From Lytechinus pictus (Eukaryota), in NCBI RefSeq assembly GCF_037042905.1, contig NC_087245.1, forward strand, positions 15,254,001-15,318,000: a stretch of 64,000 bases of DNA, given 5' to 3'. A program made the translations under genes and the position numbers. How positions within the stretch are numbered: the first letter of the stretch is position 1; each line of letters starts with the position of its first letter. A model generated the notes under the pieces. The model was not told the origin of the DNA, did no database searches, and saw nothing but the letters and a program-made list of their open reading frames with translations. Positions 40,301 to 55,300 of the stretch are shown piece after piece.

Positions 40301-43300
40301 TGAATGGCAGTAGACACAGTAAGATCAAGTTTGTGAGAAAAGGACCATTTTTTATAAATGCTTTGGTTACTCTTTTAGTGAAGAAGGGAAGGGTAAAGTG
40401 TCCGAGATGATACTTTATCACTCAAAAATCATAGGGATGGGGTCACCCTTCCTGCCCTTCCTTTTGTGTCACCGACTTGATATCACCAGCCAGAAAGGAG
40501 ATGGACAGATGATCATCTTTGAAAAGCTAGTTCGTTGTTCCATTCTGTGCATGATGAGAATAAGGTCATTCGAACTCAAATAGCATGAAAGTTTTAATAT
40601 TCTTTTGAATTGTGCTTTTCATTAGATCCTCCGGAATCAGAAATGAGTCAATGAGCAAGTGGTATTTAAGAGTTGGCCAAGTACATTGGAAAAAGTAACA
40701 TGCTAATGTATTAAAAGTAGAATTGCCACAAATACCTTGATAAAGTATTTATTGATATGCTATTCTAGTCACCAGTTCCATTCAATTTCTGCCTGCTATG
40801 TCAGGCATATTTAGATATTAATATCTTGCTTTGTGATTTACCCATCCTTATGAAAGAAAGGAAGGGTCAATTGTATAAACTTGCCGATGAGGCAAAGAGG
40901 AGCTTGTCTTTTGGAGAAATGATAGTTTCTATGTTGGTAGTGAATGTTGATTTACTGATTGATAGTTATTGGAGGCGCGATAGCTCAGTCGGTAGAGCGG
41001 GGTACTCGTATTCCGGTGACCCAGGTTCGATTCCCACTTTGTGCGCTAGTGCCCTTTGGTAAGGCATTAATCCTCATTACCAGGTCCTTCGGAGAGGACC
41101 TTAAGCCGTCGGTCCTCTGGTTGCTTGCTTACAAGCATTCATGCTTTCTTAGCAATCAGGTAAAACATCACCACCATCAATATATAGATGGCTATGGTGA
41201 GATATTTATGTATGTTATAATTATATGTGTACATGTAGGTGTAATAAATGTTTACCCTGTAGAAAGAAATTCCACAAATGCTTTGGGCCTAGGCAGTCCG
41301 TCAAATGCTAGGGTATGAATACCATCATCATGTTAAGCCAGACCTGCTCGGATAACAGTTTTGGGAACTGAAGTGGCTACCCCTGGTAAAAATGTTGTTG
41401 TTATTATTATTATTAGTATTATTGCTATGATTAATATGAATTTCAATTATTAGTATTATTAGCATTATTTTATCATTAGTGTTCTCATGAAGGCGTTTCT
41501 TTTATTATATTCAGAGATGGACTTGAGTTTTATTTGTATTACCTTGCTCAGGTAAATTTATTTTCTTGTTGTTGTGGTATTAATTGGTTTGAAATTAATT
41601 GCTTCACCAGCTTGTCCTGATATGTCATGACAATTGCAGAATACTCAACTATTACTACATGTAGAACTCCTTATACTGCACTTTATCCCTCTCTTTAATG
41701 TAACACTTAAAATGACTTTTTTTCCAGTCATATTCTACTACTTTATTGGCAATCCAAAACTCCTTTTGTCTTGCAGAGTGTGTTCCCAGCAGAGATTACA
41801 AATGTATTTGGACTGACTGGATTAATAATGATTCTGGACAAATGCAATCTGAGAGTGCTCCAGCTGAGGAAGTTGAACTTCTTGCAGATGCCCGGCACTT
41901 CCCCGGTTTCCCTGAAGATTGCAGCGTATTCGGTATCCGGTGCAGGACAGTAGACACACATGTGTTGTGGAATGAAACTACTGACGCTGTTACCGTTGAT
42001 GTGAATACAGGTCTTCGTTGTATTAATATACTAGGAAGACCAATATGTCTGGACTATGAATGTAGCTGGCTGTGCTGCAGTTGGCACACTGTCACTTGCT
42101 CACCACCTGGAACAACCACAGAAGGTAGTTGCATCAATCAAGTATTTTTACTAATTCCTGGTAGTATGACCAATGTCACTATAAATATGCATTTAAAAGT
42201 TTTGTTAATTGGAAAACATGTGTGTTGTCGTGATAAGGAAGTAATGGATAAAGATAAGAGCTTTTTTTTAAAGACAAACGCGATATCTACATTGTATGTT
42301 TTTTTTCTACTTAATATCATTTGAAAATAAGGTATTGTGGGGAAAGTGTCGCTCTTGGTGTCAATATTCATGTGAAAGATGCTCTTTTAAGTTATTGAAA
42401 TTTGTTTGAATTTCATTATCGAACAGTTTCATTGGAGGAGCTGTACAGAAATTTAGTGAATTTACCCTTTGTTATGGAATATTTCATGAACATTATGATT
42501 GGTGAAAATTGAATCAAACACAAATGAAATGTGATTTGAAAAGAAGAAATGTGAAAGGAGCATGATTGTGAAAGATTTACAGGATGGGAAAAACAGTAGG
42601 ATAGTTTTGAATTGTAGATTAATGACAGTAATCCTGTTTGGGGATTTCAGTTTTGTCACATACATGTACGTGATGTCATTGTGATATAGGGCAACGACTT
42701 GCTCAATTTAATAGAAATGATTTGTCTGCATTTTTTTTAAAGTTAAAGATTTCCTTTTTCATTTTGAATTGGATACTTGCAGACATAATATTCTGTTACC
42801 ATGGTTGATTTCCTTTTAATTGCGTTTCATTTGCTACTTACTTTGGAACAGAATATTGTCTTATTTCATCCTTTATGATAATATACATCTAGTTCTTCTT
42901 TACATGAACAAATCTAGGAACAACAACTGGAACCACTATAGAAACAACAACAGGCACTACAACAGGAACAACAACTGGAACCACTATAGAAACAACAACA
43001 GGTACCACAACAGGAACAACAACTGGAACCACTCCAGGCACAACAACAGGTACCACAACAGGAACAACAACTGGAACCACAACAGGAACAACTACAGGTA
43101 CAACAACAGGAACAACAACTGGAACCACAACAGGTACCACAACAGGTACCACAACAGGAACAACAACTGGAACCACTCCAGGAACAACTCCAGCCACCAC
43201 AACAGGTACATTACAGGGAACAATTGGCACAATATCTGGAAACATTCCAGAATATGGATAATGTATGAATGGCAGTAGACACAGTAAGATCAAGTTTGTG

Positions 43301-46300
43301 AGAAAAGGACCATTTTTTATAAATGCTTTGGTTACTCTTTTAGTGAAGAAGGGAAGGGTAAAGTGTCCGAGATGATACTTTATCACTCAAAAATCATAGG
43401 GATGGGGTCACCCTTCCTGCCCTTCCTTTTGTGTCACCGACTTGATATCACCAGCCAGAAAGGAGATGGACAGATGATCATCTTTGAAAAGCTAGTTCGT
43501 TGTTCCATTCTGTGCATGATGAGAATAAGGTCATTCGAACTCAAATAGCATGAAAGTTTTAATATTCTTTTGAATTGTGCTTTTCATTAGATCCTCCGGA
43601 ATCAGAAATGAGTCAATGAGCAAGTGGTATTTAAGAGTTGGCCAAGTACATTGGAAAAAGTAACATGCTAATGTATTAAAAGTAGAATTGCCACAAATAC
43701 CTTGATAAAGTATTTATTGATATGCTATTCTAGTCACCAGTTCCATTCAATTTCTGCCTGCTATGTCAGGCATATTTAGATATTAATATCTTGCTTTGTG
43801 ATTTACCCATCCTTATGAAAGAAAGGAAGGGTCAATTGTATAAACTTGCCGATGAGGCAAAGAGGAGCTTGTCTTTTGGAGAAATGATAGTTTCTATGTT
43901 GGTAGTGAATGTTGATTTACTGATTGATAGTTATTGGAGGCGCGATAGCTCAGTCGGTAGAGCGGGGTACTCGTATTCCGGTGACCCAGGTTCGATTCCC
44001 ACTTTGTGCGCTAGTGCCCTTTGGTAAGGCATTAATCCTCATTACCAGGTCCTTCGGAGAGGACCTTAAGCCGTCGGTCCTCTGGTTGCTTGCTTACAAG
44101 CATTCATGCTTTCTTAGCAATCAGGTAAAAAATCACCACCATCAATATATAGATGGCTATGGTGAGATATTTATGTATGTTATAATTATATGTGTACATG
44201 TAGGTGTAATAAATGTTTACCCTGTAGAAAGAAATTCCACAAATGCTTTGGGCCTAGGCAGTCCGTCAAATGCTAGGGTATGAATACCATCATCATGTTA
44301 AGCCAGACCTGCTCGGATAACAGTTTTGGGAACTGAAGTGGCTACCCCTGGTAAAAATGTTGTTGTTATTATTATTATTAGTATTATTGCTATGATTAAT
44401 ATGAATTTCAATTATTAGTATTATTAGCATTATTTATCATTAGTGTTCTCATGAAGGCGTTTCTTTTATTATATTCAGAGATGGACTTGAGTTTTATTTG
44501 TATTACCTTGCTCAGGTAAATTTATTTTCTTGTTGTTGTGGTATTAATTGGTTTGAAATTAATTGCTTCACCAGCTTGTCCTGATATGTCATGACAATTG
44601 CAGAATACTCAACTATTACTACATGTAGAACTCCTTATACTGCACTTTATCCCTCTCTTTAATGTAACACTTAAAATGACTTTTTTTCCAGTCATATTCT
44701 ACTACTTTATTGGCAATCCAAAACTCCTTTTGTCTTGCAGAGTGTGTTCCCAGCAGAGATTACAAATGTATTTGGACTGACTGGATTAATAATGATTCTG
44801 GACAAATGCAATCTGAGAGTGCTCCAGCTGAGGAAGTTGAACTTCTTGCAGATGCCCGGCACTTCCCCGGTTTCCCTGAAGATTGCAGCGTATTCGGTAT
44901 CCGGTGCAGGACAGTAGACACACATGTGTTGTGGAATGAAACTACTGACGCTGTTACCGTTGATGTGAATACAGGTCTTCGTTGTATTAATATACTAGGA
45001 AGACCAATATGTCTGGACTATGAATGTAGCTGGCTGTGCTGCAGTTGGCACACTGTCACTTGCTCACCACCTGGAACAACCACAGAAGGTAGTTGCATCA
45101 ATCAAGTATTTTTACTAATTCCTGGTAGTATGACCAATGTCACTATAAATATGCATTTAAAAGTTTTGTTAATTGGAAAACATGTGTGTTGTCGTGATAA
45201 GGAAGTAATGGATAAAGATAAGAGCTTTTTTTTAAAGACAAACGCGATATCTACATGTATGTTTTTTTTCTTCTTAATATCATTTGAAAATAAGGTATTG
45301 TGGGGAAAGTGTCGCTCTTGGTGTCAATATTCATGTGAAAGATGCTCTTTTAAGTTATTGAAATTTGTTTGAATTTCATTATCGAACAGTTTCATTGGAG
45401 GAGCTGTACAGAAATTTAGTGAATTTACCCTTTGTTATGGAATATTTCATGAACATTATGATTGGTGAAAATTGAATCAAACACAAATGAAATGTGATTT
45501 GAAAAGAAGAAATGTGAAAGGAGCATGATTGTGAAAGATTTACAGGATGGGAAAAACAGTAGGATAGTTTTGAATTGTAGATTAATGACAGTAATCCTGT
45601 TTGGGGATTTCAGTTTTGTCACATACATGTACGTGATGTCATTGTGATATAGGGCAACGACTTGCTCAATTTAATAGAAATGATTTGTCTGCATTTTTTT
45701 TAAAGTTAAAGATTTCCTTTTTCATTTTGAATTGGATACTTGCAGACATAATATTCTGTTACCATGGTTGATTTCCTTTTAATTGCGTTTCATTTGCTAC
45801 TTACTTTGGAACAGAATATTGTCTTATTTCATCCTTTATGATAATATACATCTAGTTCTTCTTTACATGAACAAATCTAGGAACAACAACTGGAACCACT
45901 ATAGAAACAACAACAGGCACTACAACAGGAACAACAACTGGAACCACTATAGAAACAACAACAGGTACCACTACTGGAACAACAACTGGAACCACAACAG
46001 GCACAACAACAGGTACCACAACAGGAACAACAACTGGAACCACTCCAGGAACAACTACAGGTACCACAACAGGAACAACAACTGGAACCACAACAGGCAC
46101 AACAACAGGTACCACAACAGGAACAACAACTGGAACCACTCCAGGCACAACAACAGGTACCACAACAGGAACAACAACTGGAACCACAACAGGTACCACA
46201 ACAGGTACCACAACAGGAACAACAACTGGAACCACTCCAGGAACAACTCCAGCCACCACAACAGGTACATTACAGGGAACAATTGGCACAATATCTGGAA

Positions 46301-49300
46301 ACATTCCAGAATATGGATAATGTATGAATGGCAGTAGACACAGTAAGATCAAGTTTGTGAGAAAAGGACCATTTTTTATAAATGCTTTGGTTACTCTTTT
46401 AGTGAAGAAGGGAAGGGTAAAGTGTCCGAGATGATACTTTATCACTCAAAAATCATAGGGATGGGGTCACCCTTCCTGCCCTTCCTTTTGTGTCACCGAC
46501 TTGATATCACCAGCCAGAAAGGAGATGGACAGATGATCATCTTTGAAAAGCTAGTTCGTTGTTCCATTCTGTGCATGATGAGAATAAGGTCATTCGAACT
46601 CAAATAGCATGAAAGTTTTAATATTCTTTTGAATTGTGCTTTTCATTAGATCCTCCGGAATCAGAAATGAGTCAATGAGCAAGTGGTATTTAAGAGTTGG
46701 CCAAGTACATTGGAAAAAGTAACATGCTAATGTATTAAAAGTAGAATTGCCACAAATACCTTGATAAAGTATTTATTGATATGCTATTCTAGTCACCAGT
46801 TCCATTCAATTTCTGCCTGCTATGTCAGGCATATTTAGATATTAATATCTTGCTTTGTGATTTACCCATCCTTATGAAAGAAAGGAAGGGTCAATTGTAT
46901 AAACTTGCCGATGAGGCAAAGAGGAGCTTGTCTTTTGGAGAAATGATAGTTTCTATGTTGGTAGTGAATGTTGATTTACTGATTGATAGTTATTGGAGGC
47001 GCGATAGCTCAGTCGGTAGAGCGGGGTACTCGTATTCCGGTGACCCAGGTTCGATTCCCACTTTGTGCGCTAGTGCCCTTTGGTAAGGCATTAATCCTCA
47101 TTACCAGGTCCTTCGGAGAGGACCTTAAGCCGTCGGTCCTCTGGTTGCTTGCTTACAAGCATTCATGCTTTCTTAGCAATCAGGTAAAAAATCACCACCA
47201 TCAATATATAGATGGCTATGGTGAGATATTTATGTATGTTATAATTATATGTGTACATGTAGGTGTAATAAATGTTTACCCTGTAGAAAGAAATTCCACA
47301 AATGCTTTGGGCCTAGGCAGTCCGTCAAATGCTAGGGTATGAATACCATCATCATGTTAAGCCAGACCTGCTCGGATAACAGTTTTGGGAACTGAAGTGG
47401 CTACCCCTGGTAAAAATGTTGTTGTTATTATTATTATTAGTATTATTGCTATGATTAATATGAATTTCAATTATTAGTATTATTAGCATTATTTATCATT
47501 AGTGTTCTCATGAAGGCGTTTCTTTTATTATATTCAGAGATGGACTTGAGTTTTATTTGTATTACCTTGCTCAGGTAAATTTATTTTCTTGTTGTTGTGG
47601 TATTAATTGGTTTGAAATTAATTGCTTCACCAGCTTGTCCTGATATGTCATGACAATTGCAGAATACTCAACTATTACTACATGTAGAACTCCTTATACT
47701 GCACTTTATCCCTCTCTTTAATGTAACACTTAAAATGACTTTTTTTCCAGTCATATTCTACTACTTTATTGGCAATCCAAAACTCCTTTTGTCTTGCAGA
47801 GTGTGTTCCCAGCAGAGATTACAAATGTATTTGGACTGACTGGATTAATAATGATTCTGGACAAATGCAATCTGAGAGTGCTCCAGCTGAGGAAGTTGAA
47901 CTTCTTGCAGATGCCCGGCACTTCCCCGGTTTCCCTGAAGATTGCAGCGTATTCGGTATCCGGTGCAGGACAGTAGACACACATGTGTTGTGGAATGAAA
48001 CTACTGACGCTGTTACCGTTGATGTGAATACAGGTCTTCGTTGTATTAATATACTAGGAAGACCAATATGTCTGGACTATGAATGTAGCTGGCTGTGCTG
48101 CAGTTGGCACACTGTCACTTGCTCACCACCTGGAACAACCACAGAAGGTAGTTTCATCAATCAAGTATTTTTACTAATTCCTGGTAGTATGACCAATGTC
48201 ACTATAAATATGCATTTAAAAGTTTTGTTAATTGGAAAACATGTGTGTTGTCGTGATAAGGAAGTAATGGATAAAGATAAGAGCTTTTTTTTAAAGACAA
48301 ACGCGATATCTACATGTATGTTTTTTTTCTTCTTAATATCATTTGAAAATAAGGTATTGTGGGGAAAGTGTCGCTCTTGGTGTCAATATTCATGTGAAAG
48401 ATGCTCTTTTAAGTTATTGAAATTTGTTTGAATTTCATTATCGAACAGTTTCATTGGAGGAGCTGTACAGAAATTTAGTGAATTTACCCTTTGTTATGGA
48501 ATATTTCATGAACATTATGATTGGTGAAAATTGAATCAAACAGAAATGAAATGTGATTTGAAAAGAAGAAATGTGAAAGGAGCATGATTGTGAAAGATTT
48601 ACAGGATGGGAAAAACAGTAGGATAGTTTTGAATTGTAGATTAATGACAGTAATCCTGTTTGGGGATTTCAGTTTTGTCACATACATGTACGTGATGTCA
48701 TTGTGATATAGGGCAACGACTTGCTCAATTTAATAGAAATGATTTGTCTGCATTTTTTTTAAAGTTAAAGATTTCCTTTTTCATTTTGAATTGGATACTT
48801 GCAGACATAATATTCTGTTACCATGGTTGATTTCCTTTTAATTGCGTTTCATTTGCTACTTACTTTGGAACAGAATATTGTCTTATTTCATCCTTTATGA
48901 TAATATACATCTAGTTCTTCTTTACATGAACAAATCTAGGAACAACAACTGGAACCACTATAGAAACAACAACAGGCACTACAACAGGAACAACAACTGG
49001 AACCACTATAGAAACAACAACAGGTACCACTACTGGAACAACAACTGGAACCACAACAGGCACAACAACAGGTACCACAACAGGAACAACAACTGGAACC
49101 ACTCCAGGAACAACTACAGGTACCACAACAGGAACAACAACTGGAACCACAACAGGCACAACAACAGGTACCACAACAGGAACAACAACTGGAACCACTC
49201 CAGGCACAACAACAGGTACCACAACAGGAACAACAACTGGAACCACAACAGGAACAACTACAGGTACCACAACAGGAACAACAACTGGAACCACAACAGG

Positions 49301-52300
49301 TACCACAACAGGTACCACAACAGGAACAACAACTGGAACCACTCCAGGAACAACTCCAGCCACCACAACAGGTACATTACAGGGAACAATTGGCACAATA
49401 TCTGGAAACCTTCCAGAATATGGATAATGTATGAATGGCAGTAGACACAGTAAGATCAAGTTTGTGAGAAAAGGACCATTTTTTATAAATGCTTTGGTTA
49501 CTCTTTTAGTGAAGAAGGGAAGGGTAAAGTGTCAGAGATGATACTTTATCACTCAAAAATCATAGGGATGGGGTCACCCTTCCTGCCCTTCCTTTTGTGT
49601 CACCGACTTGATATCACAAGCCAGAAAGCAGATGGACAGATGATCATCTTTGAAAAGCTAGTTCGTTGTTCCATTCTGTGCATGATGAGAATAAGGTCAT
49701 TCGAACTCAAATAGCATGAAAGTTTTAATATTCTTTTGAATTGTGCTTTTCATTAGATCCTCCGGAATCAGAAATGAGTCAATGAGCAAGTGGTATTTAA
49801 GAGTTGGCCAAGTACATTGGAAAAAGTAACATGCTAATGTATTAAAAGTAGAATTGCCACAAATACCTTGATAAAGTATTTATTGATATGCTATTCTAGT
49901 CACCAGTTCCATTCAATTTCTGCCTGCTATGTCAGGCATATTTAGATATTAATATCTTGCTTTGTGATTTACCCATCCTTATGAAAGAAAGGAAGGGTCA
50001 ATTGTATAAACTTGCCGATGAGGCAAAGAGGAGCTTGTCTTTTGGAGAAATGATAGTTTCTATGTTGGTAGTGAATGTTGATTTACTGATTGATAGTTAT
50101 TGGAGGCGCGATAGCTCAGTCGGTAGAGCGGGGTACTCGTATTCCGGTGACCCAGGTTCGATTCCCACTTTGTGCGCTAGTGCCCTTTGGTAAGGCATTA
50201 ATCCTCATTACCAGGTCCTTCGGAGAGGACCTTAAGCCGTCGGTCCTCTGGTTGCTTGCTTACAAGCATTCATGCTTTCTTAGCAATCAGGTAAAAAATC
50301 ACCACCATCAATATATAGATGGCTATGGTGAGATATTTATGTATGTTATAATTATATGTGTACATGTAGGTGTAATAAATGTTTACCCTGTAGAAAGAAA
50401 TTCCACAAATGCTTTGGGCCTAGGCAGTCCGTCAAATGCTAGGGTATGAATACCATCATCATGTTAAGCCAGACCTGCTCGGATAACAGTTTTGGGAACT
50501 GAAGTGGCTACCCCTGGTAAAAATGTTGTTGTTATTATTATTATTAGTATTATTGCTATGATTAATATGAATTTCAATTATTAGTATTATTAGCATTATT
50601 TTATCATTAGTGTTCTCATGAAGGCGTTTCTTTTATTATATTCAGAGATGGACTTGAGTTTTATTTGTATTACCTTGCTCAGGTAAATTTATTTTCTTGT
50701 TGTTGTGGTATTAATTGGTTTGAAATTAATTGCTTCACCAGCTTGTCCTGATATGTCATGACAATTGCAGAATACTCAACTATTACTACATGTAGAACTC
50801 CTTATACTGCACTTTATCCCTCTCTTTAATGTAACACTTAAAATGACTTTTTTTCCAGTCATATTCTACTACTTTATTGGCAATCCAAAACTCCTTTTGT
50901 CTTGCAGAGTGTGTTCCCAGCAGAGATTACAAATGTATTTGGACTGACTGGATTAATAATGATTCTGGACAAATGCAATCTGAGAGTGCTCCAGCTGAGG
51001 AAGTTGAACTTCTTGCAGATGCCCGGCACTTCCCCGGTTTCCCTGAAGATTGCAGCGTATTCGGTATCCGGTGCAGGACAGTAGACACACATGTGTTGTG
51101 GAATGAAACTACTGACGCTGTTACCGTTGATGTGAATACAGGTCTTCGTTGTATTAATATACTAGGAAGACCAATATGTCTGGACTATGAATGTAGCTGG
51201 CTGTGCTGCAGTTGGCACACTGTCACTTGCTCACCACCTGGAACAACCACAGAAGGTAGTTGCATCAATCAAGTATTTTTACTAATTCCTGGTAGTATGA
51301 CCAATGTCACTATAAATATGCATTTAAAAGTTTTGTTAATTGGAAAACATGTGTGTTGTCGTGATAAGGAAGTAATGGATAAAGATAAGAGCTTTTTTTT
51401 AAAGACAAACGCGATATCTACATGTATGTTTTTTTTCTTCTTAATATCATTTGAAAATAAGGTATTGTGGGGAAAGTGTCGCTCTTGGTGTCAATATTCA
51501 TGTGAAAGATGCTCTTTTAAGTTATTGAAATTTGTTTGAATTTCATTATCGAACAGTTTCATTGGAGGAGCTGTACAGAAATTTAGTGAATTTACCCTTT
51601 GTTATGGAATATTTCATGAACATTATGATTGGTGAAAATTGAATCAAACACAAATGAAATGTGATTTGAAAAGAAGAAATGTGAAAGGAGCATGATTGTG
51701 AAAGATTTACAGGATGGGAAAAACAGTAGGATAGTTTTGAATTGTAGATTAATGACAGTAATCCTGTTTGGGGATTTCAGTTTTGTCACATACATGTACG
51801 TGATGTCATTGTGATATAGGGCAACGACTTGCTCAATTTAATAGAAATGATTTGTCTGCATTTTTTTTAAAGTTAAAGATTTCCTTTTTCATTTTGAATT
51901 GGATACTTGCAGACATAATATTCTGTTACCATGGTTGATTTCCTTTGAATTGCGTTTCATTTGCTACTTACTTTGGAACAGAATATTGTCATATTTCATC
52001 CTTTATGATAATATACATCTAGTTCTTCTTTACATGAACAAATCTAGGAACAACAACTGGAACCACTATAGAAACAACAACAGGCACTACAACAGGAACA
52101 ACAACTGGAACCACTATAGAAACAACAACAGGTACCACAACAGGAACAACAACTGGAACCACTCCAGGCACAACAACAGGTACCACAACAGGAACAACAA
52201 CTGGAACCACAACAGGAACAACTACAGGTACCACAACAGGAACAACGACTGGAACCACAACAGGTACCACAACAGGTACCACAACAGGAACAACAACTGG

Positions 52301-55300
52301 AACCACTCCAGGAACAACTCCAGCCACCACAACAGGTACATTACAGGGAACAATTGGCACAATATCTGGAAACATTCCAGAATATGGATAATGTATGAAT
52401 GGCAGTAAACACAGTTTGGTCAAGTTTGTGAGAAAAGGACCATTTTTTATAAATGCTTTGGTTACTCTTTTAGTGAAGAAGGGAAGGGTAAAGTGTCAGA
52501 GATGATACTTTATCACTCAAAAATCATAGGGATGGGGTCACCCTTCCTGCCCTTCCTTTTGTGTCACCGACTTGATATCACAAGCCAGAAAGCAGATGGA
52601 CAGATGATCATCTTTGAAAAGCTAGTTCGTTGTTCCATTCTGTGCATGATGAGAATAAGGTCATTCGAACTCAAATAGCATGAAAGTTTTAATATTCTTT
52701 TGAATTGTGCTTTTCATTAGATCCTCCGGAATCAGAAATGAGTCAATGAGCAAGTGGTATTTAAGAGTTGGCCAAGTACATTGGAAAAAGTAACATGCTA
52801 ATGTATTAAAAGTAGAATTGCCACAAATACCTTGATAAAGTATTTATTGATATGCTATTCTAGTCACCAGTTCCATTCAATTTCTGCCTGCTATGTCAGG
52901 CATATTTAGATATTAATATCTTGCTTTGTGATTTACCCATCCTTATGAAAGAAAGGAAGGGTCAATTGTATAAACTTGCCGATGAGGCAAAGAGGAGCTT
53001 GTCTTTTGGAGAAATGATAGTTTCTATGTTGGTAGTGAATGTTGATTTACTGATTGATAGTTATTGGAGGCGCGATAGCTCAGTCGGTAGAGCGGGGTAC
53101 TCGTATTCCGGTGACCCAGGTTCGATTCCCACTTTGTGCGCTAGTGCCCTTTGGTAAGGCATTAATCCTCATTACCAGGTCCTTCGGAGAGGACCTTAAG
53201 CCGTCGGTCCTCTGGTTGCTTGCTTACAAGCATTCATGCTTTCTTAGCAATCAGGTAAAAAATCACCACCATCAATATATAGATGGCTATGGTGAGATAT
53301 TTATGTATGTTATAATTATATGTGTACATGTAGGTGTAATAAATGTTTACCCTGTAGAAAGAAATTCCACAAATGCTTTGGGCCTAGGCAGTCCGTCAAA
53401 TGCTAGGGTATGAATACCATCATCATGTTAAGCCAGACCTGCTCGGATAACAGTTTTGGGAACTGAAGTGGCTACCCCTGGTAAAAATGTTGTTGTTATT
53501 ATTATTATTAGTATTATTGCTATGATTAATATGAATTTCAATTATTAGTATTATTAGCATTATTTTATCATTAGTGTTCTCATGAAGGCGTTTCTTTTAT
53601 TATATTCAGAGATGGACTTGAGTTTTATTTGTATTACCTTGCTCAGGTAAATTTATTTTCTTGTTGTTGTGGTATTAATTGGTTTGAAATTAATTGCTTC
53701 ACCAGCTTGTCCTGATATGTCATGACAATTGCAGAATACTCAACTATTACTACATGTAGAACTCCTTATACTGCACTTTATCCCTCTCTTTAATGTAACA
53801 CTTAAAATGACTTTTTTTCCAGTCATATTCTACTACTTTATTGGCAATCCAAAACTCCTTTTGTCTTGCAGAGTGTGTTCCCAGCAGAGATTACAAATGT
53901 ATTTGGACTGACTGGATTAATAATGATTCTGGACAAATGCAATCTGAGAGTGCTCCAGCTGAGGAAGTTGAACTTCTTGCAGATGCCCGGCACTTCCCCG
54001 GTTTCCCTGAAGATTGCAGCGTATTCGGTATCCGGTGCAGGACAGTAGACACACATGTGTTGTGGAATGAAACTACTGACGCTGTTACCGTTGATGTGAA
54101 TACAGGTCTTCGTTGTATTAATATACTAGGAAGACCAATATGTCTGGACTATGAATGTAGCTGGCTGTGCTGCAGTTGGCACACTGTCACTTGCTCACCA
54201 CCTGGAACAACCACAGAAGGTAGTTGCATCAATCAAGTATTTTTACTAATTCCTGGTAGTATGACCAATGTCACTATAAATATGCATTTAAAAGTTTTGT
54301 TAATTGGAAAACATGTGTGTTGTCGTGATAAGGAAGTAATGGATAAAGATAAGAGCTTTTTTTTAAAGACAAACGCGATATCTACATGTATGTTTTTTTT
54401 CTTCTTAATATCATTTGAAAATAAGGTATTGTGGGGAAAGTGTCGCTCTTGGTGTCAATATTCATGTGAAAGATGCTCTTTTAAGTTATTGAAATTTGTT
54501 TGAATTTCATTATCGAACAGTTTCATTGGAGGAGCTGTACAGAAATTTAGTGAATTTACCCTTTGTTATGGAATATTTCATGAACATTATGATTGGTGAA
54601 AATTGAATCAAACACAAATGAAATGTGATTTGAAAAGAAGAAATCTGAAAGGAGCATGATTGTGAAAGATTTACAGGATGGGAAAAACAGTAGGATAGTT
54701 TTGAATTGTAGATTAATGACAGTAATCCTGTTTGGGGATTTCAGTTTTGTCACATACATGTACGTGATGTCATTGTGATATAGGGCAACGACTTGCTCAA
54801 TTTAATAGAAATGATTTGTCTGCATTTTTTTTAAAGTTAAAGATTTCCTTTTTCATTTTGAATTGGATACTTGCAGACATAATATTCTGTTACCATGGTT
54901 GATTTCCTTTGAATTGCGTTTCATTTGCTACTTACTTTGGAACAGAATATTGTCATATTTCATCCTTTATGATAATATACATCTAGTTCTTCTTTACATG
55001 AACAAATCTAGGAACAACAACTGGAACCACTATAGAAACAACAACAGGCACTACAACAGGAACAACAACTGGAACCACTATAGAAACAACAACAGGTACC
55101 ACAACAGGAACAACAACTGGAACCACTCCAGGCACAACAACAGGTACCACAACAGGAACAACAACTGGAACCACAACAGGAACAACTACAGGTACCACAA
55201 CAGGAACAACAACTGGAACCACAACAGGTACCACAACAGGTACCACAACAGGAACAACAACTGGAACCACTCCAGGAACAACTCCAGCCACCACAACAGG